Part shown: positions 56,419 to 64,000 of the stretch, one piece after another | How the letters are laid out: each line of letters starts with the position of its first letter | How positions within the stretch are numbered: position 1 is the stretch's first letter | Assembly: GCA_964016885.1 (NCBI GenBank) | Contig: OZ024755.1 | Location: 10,044,001-10,108,000, forward strand | Direction: 5' to 3' | DNA from: Eledone cirrhosa | Lineage: Eukaryota | DNA: 64,000 bases | The notes under the pieces: model-generated | The model's database searches: none | What the model saw: only the letters and a program-made list of their open reading frames with translations | Told to the model about the DNA's origin: nothing | Translations under genes and position numbers: made by a program

Positions 56419-57321
56419 TATAGAAGCTACCCGACCTCTTGCAGAACTCTAGGGTTCCGGCGAAACACTGGTTGAAAAACTTTGGTCTCGAGGATTGAGT
56501 TAACGAAATAAAAGATTGTGTTGAAATGTCTGTGATTATATAAAGTGAAATGTGAAGAATTTTAAGGTTGAATTCGTGGTTCTGAAGTTCTTAAAAGACG
56601 TGTTATATTGGTAAAGTATCTATTTATCTACTTAATTTTTTGTACATGTTAAGGTAGATGAAAGGGGTGGGGGTTAAAGATTCCATTGAAGGGGTCAACG
56701 GTCTAAATAGATTGGAGATCCCTGATTTAGATAAAGCCTTATATTTCTTATTTACAGTACCCAAAAATCAACAAGAGTGTTTTTATTTTCATTTTTGTCA
56801 TTGTGTATGTGTTTTTGTTTTTATATGTATGTGTTATTTGTATGTGTCATTCAGTGGTAGTACTGAACTGAGCTGGTCTAACATTCTTGTTCAGAACAGA
56901 CGATCCATTAACTCCAGTAAATCATGGCTAAATAGAAAGGAATGTAAGAAGAAAACATCCACTAATAGACTCTAGTAAGTAAAGTATACGCAGTCTCCAA
57001 GAACCCCACAAAGTATTTAATAGATAAGGAGATCACAAAGTTCATACCGTATCGGGTATATATTGTGGATACGTGTGTGTGTGTGTGTATACATGTATGT
57101 ATGTATGTATAATTATATGTATATATATATGAATTGAAAGGGAGTAGGTGATATACATACACACAGACAAGCATATATACACATGCGTGTGCCTATACAA
57201 GTGTATGTATGAGCATATATATACACGTGCGTGCGTGTGTGTGTCCCAGGTTCAATCGGGGGTAACCATTGTAAGTAAGGTACTTAATAAATATATTAGT
57301 AGAGTATATACAAAATGTTAA

Positions 57322-57438
57322 TATAGAAATGGCTTCTACATGACTGCAACTGTTTTATTCGAAGGAAATCACCAGAAAGCTTTCCTGATGATTTCCTTCG
57401 AATGAAACAGTTCTAGTCATGTAGAAGCCATTTCTATA
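57322..57438. repeat. Imperfect ~50-bp-arm hairpin containing a CUGAUGA...GAAAC...GUC motif
   Basis: tatagaaatggcttctacatgact...ttcgaaggaaatca / tgatttccttcgaa...agtcatgtagaagccatttctata; CTGATGA at 57385, GAAAC at 57404. Confidence 0.85.
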
Positions 57439-57645
57439 CTAAATCACACGCACACACAAATTTTCCTCTGTATCTCTGTAATTTCATTTTCGCTTCATTA
57501 ACAAAAGGAAGAACCGCAATAAATGGTATCAGTTTCTTCGCTGAAATAGATTCAGTAATTTGATATTTTCAATATCAAAGTAAAAGTTGTCCAAATTAAA
57601 TTCCGTGATAAACCACAACATTCCAAATAGGTAAGTGGTGGACGT

Positions 57646-58030
57646 CAGCAGCAACAACAACAACAGCAACAGCAACAACAACAGCAGCAACATCACCAGC
57701 AACAATAAAAACGTCGACAACAACAGCAGTAGCAACAACAACAGCAGTAGCAACAACAACAACATCAACAACAAGAAAAACAACACCAACAACAACAACA
57801 GCAACAAGAAAAACAACAACAGCAGTAGCAACAACAACACCAACAACAATATCAGCAGCAACAAGAAAACAACAACAGCAGTAGCAACAACAACACCAAC
57901 AACAATATCAGCAGCAACAAGAAAACAACAACAGCAGTAGCAATAACAACAAAAATATCAGCAGCAACAAGAAGACAACAACAGCAGTAGCAATAACAAC
58001 AACAACAAGAACCAGAACCAATAACAACAG
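57646..58030. repeat. (AAC)n/(AGC)n trinucleotide array with higher-order units
   Basis: Directly visible; aatatcagcagcaacaaga recurs three times. Confidence 0.95.
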
Positions 58031-58151
58031 TGATTCCACCAATAGTAGCAGGAATATTTATCTCTTTTTCTGTAAACGTCAGCACTACTGATGTAGCGTT
58101 AGTTTATTCATACAGTTGTTATCTTGGATAATATTTGAGAGTAAAACTATA

Positions 58152-58257
58152 TACAGGGTGTCCCACAAAAATATATACACACTTTGATTACCTGTTCAGG
58201 CAATATTTATTAGAATGCTGTTGAAATATGTATACCTTTTTCGGGGGACACACTGTA
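58152..58257. mobile_element. ~100-bp Tc1/mariner-type MITE
   Basis: ta-cagggtgtcccacaaaaa ... tttttcggggacacactg-ta; partial homolog at 22524-22600. Confidence 0.65.
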
Positions 58258-58989
58258 GTATAAACATCAACAACACAAGCCGCCATAGTTGGACCACGGA
58301 AATAAATATATAAATAAACAAGCTAAACAAACAAAATAAATAAATATATAAATAAATAAATAAATAAATAAATAAGTAGATAAATAAATAGACAAATAAT
58401 AAATAGATAGATAAAATGAATAAAATACGTAAATATATGTAGATTAAATATATGTAGATAAAATAATTGTTGGATCTAAGCTGAGTCGTAAAAACCAACA
58501 AAACGAGTCGGGGAGAAAGATCATACGGAAATGAGAATGAAATGAAAATATAACACACTAGATTAAAAATAAGGTCCTGCCGAGTAAATAAGTTAAACAG
58601 ATGTGTACATAGATACACACTTATTTGAATTGTATGTAGCTAAGGGTGGGACGAGGGGTGGGGAAATCAGAGGGTGAAAAAGCCACCACCGAAAGAGAAG
58701 CGAAAGAACCAACTACGATGTTAAATATTAAAGACAGCATGGAACGTCTCGATATGTTCACTGCTGTCCTATGTTGTCCCCAAGAACAAAGGACAAGAAA
58801 GGAGCCAATCATTAGAGAGGACCGAGGAAACAATGTTTCCATTGGTCTTTCCATTGCTGATACTATCTGTCGGTAGTTATATCTGACCAAAGTAACAACG
58901 TTTCCACTCCTATGAAAAAACAAAACAAGGTAACAATGTTTCCATTAGTCTTCTCATTGTTAAATGCTATTTGTCAGATGGAGTGAGGA

Positions 58990-60075
58990 AGAGATATAGA
59001 GGAAGAATCCACCCCAGTACTAGACTGGTATGTCTTTTATCGACATCGAAATGGATGAAAGGCAAAGTTGACCTCGGAGGGATTTGAACTCATACCGCAG
59101 AGAACCGGGACGTATGTCGCACAGTATTCTACCCGATTTCTAACGAATCTGACAATTCACCGCCTTATAATATGCTGTATCTGAGTCCACAACTCAATAT
59201 TTCGAATATTTACCACATGAACCAATACAAATAAAACTTGTTAATTAATATTATATATTAATTAATATTATATATCAATTAATATTATATATTAATTAGT
59301 TTTATATATTAATTGAAATTTCATATCAACATTATTCGTAAACAACGAATAGGGCGGTGAATTGGCAGTATCGGTAGAGGGTCGGACGCCATGCTTTGAC
59401 GTATAGAGTTACGGCCCTTGCCATTCTGAGTTCAAATCCCGCCAAGGTTAACTTTGCCTTTCATCCTTACGGGGTCGATAAAATAAAGTACCAGTAATGC
59501 ACTGGGTAATTGCTGGCCTTGTGCCTAACGTAGAAACAATTATTCGTAAACAACAATTTCGGATCCACCAATCTACCATCAAAATTCGAACCAGGAAGTT
59601 CTCACTTCGTGGTTCGAATGAGTAAATATGTTATTATTTTCACATAGATTGTCAGAATCGGTAGAGCATCGGACAACATGCTTTTCAGCATAGAGTTACC
59701 GCCCTTTATGATCCGAGTTCAAATCCCGCTGAGGTTAACTTTGCCTTTCATCCTTACGGGGTCGATAAAATAAAGTACCAGTCACGCACTGGGGTCGATT
59801 TAATCAATTTTCCCTCCCCCAAAATTGCTGGCCTTGTGCCTATATAAGAAACCATTATTTTCACATAGATTATCAAAATCGGTAGAGCGTCGAACAACAT
59901 GCTTTGCTGCATATAGTTACGGCACTTTACGTTCAAATCGCGCCGAGGCTAGCTTTGCTTTTTATCCTTACGGAGTTGATAAAACAAAGAACTAGTAACA
60001 CAGTGGGGTCTATTTAATAGAGGTTTCCCTCTCCCCGCCAAATTGTTGGTCTTGTGTCTAAATCAGAAACCAATA
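58990..60075. mobile_element. Cluster of four Deu/Nin SINEs: 58990-59166 (-), 59350-59540 (+, full length, 16-bp TSD), 59645-59855 (+), 59866-60075 (+)
   Basis: Conserved head and core; TSD attattcgtaaacaac at 59331-59346 and 59539-59554; attattttcacatagatt repeated at 59633 and 59854. Confidence 0.9.
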
Positions 60076-60388
60076 TATATTCGTAATCAACAATTTCAGG
60101 TCAACCAATTTACCATGAGTAATTACGTTAATATGTTCATAATGCCGAATTCCTGTTTGTCCCATTGGAATTCACCAGAAAGTTAATCAAGAAGCAAATT
60201 GCTGACGAATTCCTCTGAGACACAGAAGTACGTTGTTGATGTAGGTATTGGTTAGCATAAGCAGAAAGGTATGTGTACCCAACCTTTACAGCAACGAGCA
60301 TACTTTGGTATAAATAGTAACACCTGGTTCAGGTGATCAACAAGTATGTGGATCGATTCCTGCTGCCAGTAGGTCGTTGTTCTCGCTG

Positions 60389-60478
<90 letters not shown>

Positions 60479-60726
60479 ATCTTCTGAGAAGGCAACAAAC
60501 CATATGACAAGTACTCGTATGTATGTATGTATGTATGTATGTATGTATGTATGTATGTATGTATGTATGTATATGTATGTATGTGTGTGTGTGTGTGTGT
60601 AATCACACCTTTTATATGCATGGCATTTTGATCAATGTATGTGTTTATGTGCATGTGCATATATGTATGTTTGTATTTCTTTACACACACATATATATAT
60701 ACACATACGTGAATGTGTTTGAGAAT

Positions 60727-61318
60727 GAGAGGGCGAGAGAGAGAGAGGGCGAGAGAGAGAGAGAGGGCGAGAGAGAGGGCGCGCGGGCGAGAGAGAGGGC
60801 GCGCGGGCGAGAGAGGGCGCGCGGGCGAGAGGGCGAGCGAGAGGGCGAGCGAGAGGGAGGGCGAGCGAGAGGGCGGACGAGAGGGCGAGCGAGAGGGCGA
60901 GCGAGAGGGCGGGCGAGCGAGAGTGCGGGCGAGCGAGAGGGCGAGAGAGAGCGAGAGGGAGGGCGAGCGAGCGAGCGAGAGGGAGGGCGAGCGAGAGCGA
61001 GAGGGAGGGCGAGCGAAAGCGAGAGAGGGCGAGCGAGAGCGAGGGAGGGCGAGCGAGAGAGAGGGCGGGCGAGGGCGAGAGAGAGGGCGGGCGAGGGCGA
61101 GAGATAGGGCGGGCGAGGGCGGGCGGGCGAGAGAGGGGCGGGCGAGAGAAAGGGCGGGCGGGAGGGCGAGCGAGCGAGCGAGAGGGCGGGCGAGCGAGAG
61201 GGCGGGCGAGCGAGAGGGCGAGCGAGAGAGCGGGCGAGAGAGTGGGCGGGCGGGCGAGAGAGTGGGCGGGCGGGCGAGAGAGACGGTGGGCGGGCCAGAG
61301 AGAGGGCGAGAGAGAGAC
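60727..61318. repeat. Purine-skewed, GC-rich (GAGC/GGGC/GA)n compound microsatellite
   Basis: About 590 bp with almost no T; the R/E/A/G ORFs are repeat artefacts. Confidence 0.95.
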
Positions 61319-61951
61319 TGGGGAGAGTATATATTTATGCATGAATATCTGCATGCGTGTATATGCATAACGCACTGATATATATATATATATTTGTGTG
61401 TGTGCATGTGTATGAGTGTGTATATGTATGTGTGTATATGTATGTGTGTGTGTATGTGAGTGTGTGTTTGTACAATTATATGTGCGTGATTGAAAGTTTG
61501 CGTAATGATAGTGGCTTTGTATATAAATAGCCGAGTAAGACAGCTTATTCACACCTCCTATATACATTACATTCCGATAACCCTAAATATCTAGAATCTA
61601 TGACGTAAATCACTCAACTTCCGGTGCCATGCTACATATTTGTTTGTTGTTGGTTTGTTTGTCTGTCTGTTTGTGTTTATTTTGATTTCTATTCTTATTT
61701 ATATTTAATTTTTGTAGGGGTGATATGGTGGTGAGATTTTCCTAAGAAAATGAAATCATGTTACGTGTTTTCATATTCCGACAAGTTTTGATAAATGGAA
61801 CACGACCGCAGACATATCAAATCTTCTCTTCATTTCCCTCCACACCCTACTACTTTTACCGCAATCTTGCATAAAGGTGATACACTAAGATCAATGTGTA
61901 GGCAGGATGAGGGTCAAGCTTGCATGGGTCTCTTCATCGTGACGTCTAGCT

Positions 61952-62142
61952 AAAAATTTAATCACGGACCCTAGCTATAATTTTTATTGTAAGCCCTGGC
62001 TGAAAATTTGATCATGGACCCTGGGTGTAATTTTTATTGTAATCCCTGGTCGAAAATTTGATCACGGACCCTGGCTATAATTTTTATCCTAATCCTTGGT
62101 AGAAAATTTGATCACGGACTGGGTGTAATTTTTATCGTAATC
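61952..62142. repeat. 50-bp minisatellite, about 4 copies
   Basis: Unit aaaatttgatcacggaccctggctataatttttattgtaatccctggtcg. Confidence 0.9.
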
Positions 62143-62306
62143 AACAACCCTCTTAAACAACTACAATAACAAGAACAAAATTTAAAATTTGTTCAACTAG
62201 AGATCGAACCTTCGACCATTCAGTTGCCAAAATGAGTATTGCTCCATCTAACGAGAGTTTAGGAAAGATTAGAGAGCATACCATTATCCTACACCATATA
62301 TCTCTC

Positions 62307-62413
62307 ATCCCGCCGAGGTTGACTTTGCCTTTCATCCTTACGGGGTCGATAAAATAAAGTACCAGTAATGTACTGGGTAATTGCTGGCCTTGTGCCTAAA
62401 GTAGAAACAATTA
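62307..62413 (+). mobile_element. 5'-truncated Deu/Nin SINE
   Basis: Core and tail are nearly identical to the young copies. Confidence 0.9.
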
Positions 62414-62453
62414 TTTATATATATATATCATACTTTGACACCTCGTTCCTATT

Positions 62454-62507
<54 letters not shown>

Positions 62508-62571
62508 CTTTGACACCTCGTTCCTGTTCCTTATATATATATATATGATACGTTGACTCCTCGTTCCTATT

Positions 62572-62623
<52 letters not shown>

Positions 62624-62799
62624 ATCCTTCCCATTTTTCCTCGCCTTTCTTTTTTTCTCTCGACCTTAGTATATTTTTGTTATTGTTGTCACATCGCCAA
62701 ACGTTGGACTCGCCTACATCATATCTATCGTAGCCATAATGTCTGATAATACTTTCTAAACCCTCCTTTATCTATATTTACTGTTTTACCTGACAGGAG

Positions 62800-63200
62800 C
62801 AAATGGAAGCAAATAGTTCCAATAAAAGCCCTGAAGATAAGCATCACGATAAGAATTACCATTTCACCCTTACCTTTTATGAGGACTACTGAGTAATTAT
62901 TGAGAGGTGTGAGAAACTACGAACTGCAATTGAAACTGCTAAGAAATCTGATTCTGACACCGTTGTAGTCTTTCATGGATGACGGCACTGTTGTTGGGGA
63001 ACGAAGCAAAAAAATGCGGAAATTCTCTTAACCTGACTAGATGTGGTATTTCAACATTGCCAAGAACGTACTTAAACCATGAGGTGTCATAGTTTGCCAA
63101 TAGTACAAGAGGAAAGGAATTCATGAAGAATTTCACTTTGGAAATGTCAAATGGCTGATCCCAACCATCCAGGTGTAGTCTATTAAAACATTTGGTCTTG
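62800..63200 (+). mobile_element. Decayed RT fragment of a HERO-like (REL-type) non-LTR retrotransposon
   Basis: LKISITIRITISPLPF...LTPL*SFMDDGT...KP..CHSL...IPTIQ..IKTFG resembles HERO GCTISP..F / PP.RAFMDD.T / IPT..E.P.KSLG. Confidence 0.55.
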
Positions 63201-63372
63201 CCCACATACTCCCACTGACGCCAAGATGGAGGTTGTGCTGGAGGTTAATAGAGAGATTGGGTGCTTTAGAACTTGAGATTTTGTTGGTGGGTAAATTCAA
63301 TTTACTAGCTTGTGCTCTAACCCCCTGATGTAGTTGTAGGGATTCGGTTGTGGCATATTGTATAGCAGCCTT

Positions 63373-63739
63373 CTGTTACACTCTCATTCTAGATCTCATG
63401 TCTCCACTAAGATCTGTTACACTCACACGCCAGATCTGGTGTCTCTACTAACATCTGTTACATTCACCTTCCAGATCTCATGTCTCTGCTAACATCAGTT
63501 ACACTCTCATACCAGATCTCATGTCTCTGCTAACATCTGTTACACTCACATACCAGATCTCATGTCTCTGCTAACATCTGTTACACTCACATGCCAGATC
63601 TGGTGTCTTCGCTAACATCTGTTACACTCTCATACCAGATCTCATGTCTCTGCTAACATCTGTTACACTCTCATACCAGATCTCATGTCTCCGCTAACAT
63701 CTGTTACACTCTCATACCAGATCTCATGTCTCCGCTAAT
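63373..63739. repeat. 41-bp minisatellite, about 9 copies
   Basis: Unit gctaacatctgttacactctcataccagatctcatgtctct. Confidence 0.95.
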
Positions 63740-64000
63740 ATTTCGTCTGTCCACTCTTTAATGTTGTCTGACTATCTTTTGGTTTATTCGTTCCTTGTAG
63801 GACGGTCTTTGCAAGGCCACCAAATCCAGTTACACGGACATACCATCTCAGCGTTATTTTCCTCACTGTTATTAGAAGGCTTTAATTAAGGATGGAGGGG
63901 GGGGGGGGGTCAATATGATCCCGACTGGTTTTGTGCACTTTATTCATTTGTGATATGGTCTATGTATGAGATGATTAAGTTAGGGTAGCATCTCATTTCC

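Noticed and set aside
57529-58085. Poly-N, poly-L and poly-Q ORFs
   Set aside because: Trinucleotide repeat artefact; no flanking coding evidence.
59350-59445. tRNA genes suggested by A/B boxes (also 48807, 24540, 28660)
   Set aside because: No complete cloverleaf; these are SINE or repeat heads.
60409-61567. RS/RE-rich ORFs resembling SR proteins
   Set aside because: Derived from the GAGC/GGGC microsatellite and open in many frames on both strands.

Overview
AT-rich eukaryotic (animal) DNA. The SINE families and very long (TA)n arrays point to an octopod cephalopod, which is an inference. No host protein-coding gene, tRNA, rRNA or CRISPR array can be supported, and almost all long ORFs in the track are microsatellite translation artefacts. 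Bases 1-21 kb are a strand-polarised (TA)n/(TATG)n array interrupted by retroelement insertions: an intact 5'-truncated CR1/L2-group LINE, several copies of a ~610 bp bipartite RTE-derived element, a CORE-SINE and hammerhead-bearing fragments. Bases 21.9-29 kb are a scrambled cluster of inverted copies of an unidentified complex repeat. The rest is a mosaic of decayed LINEs (RTE, CRE-like, HERO-like), a Chapaev3-like transposase fragment, MITEs, about 20 tRNA-derived Deu/Nin-domain SINEs, and minisatellites. Three signals stand out. (1) At least seven hammerhead-ribozyme-like motifs occur, mostly beside TA arrays; four form one type I family whose stems I and II covary. (2) A TA-flanked bipartite RTE element has a covarying 5' RNA structure. 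(3) SINE target-site duplications all begin ATTAT, and one insertion has a fold-back copy of the target at its 5' junction.
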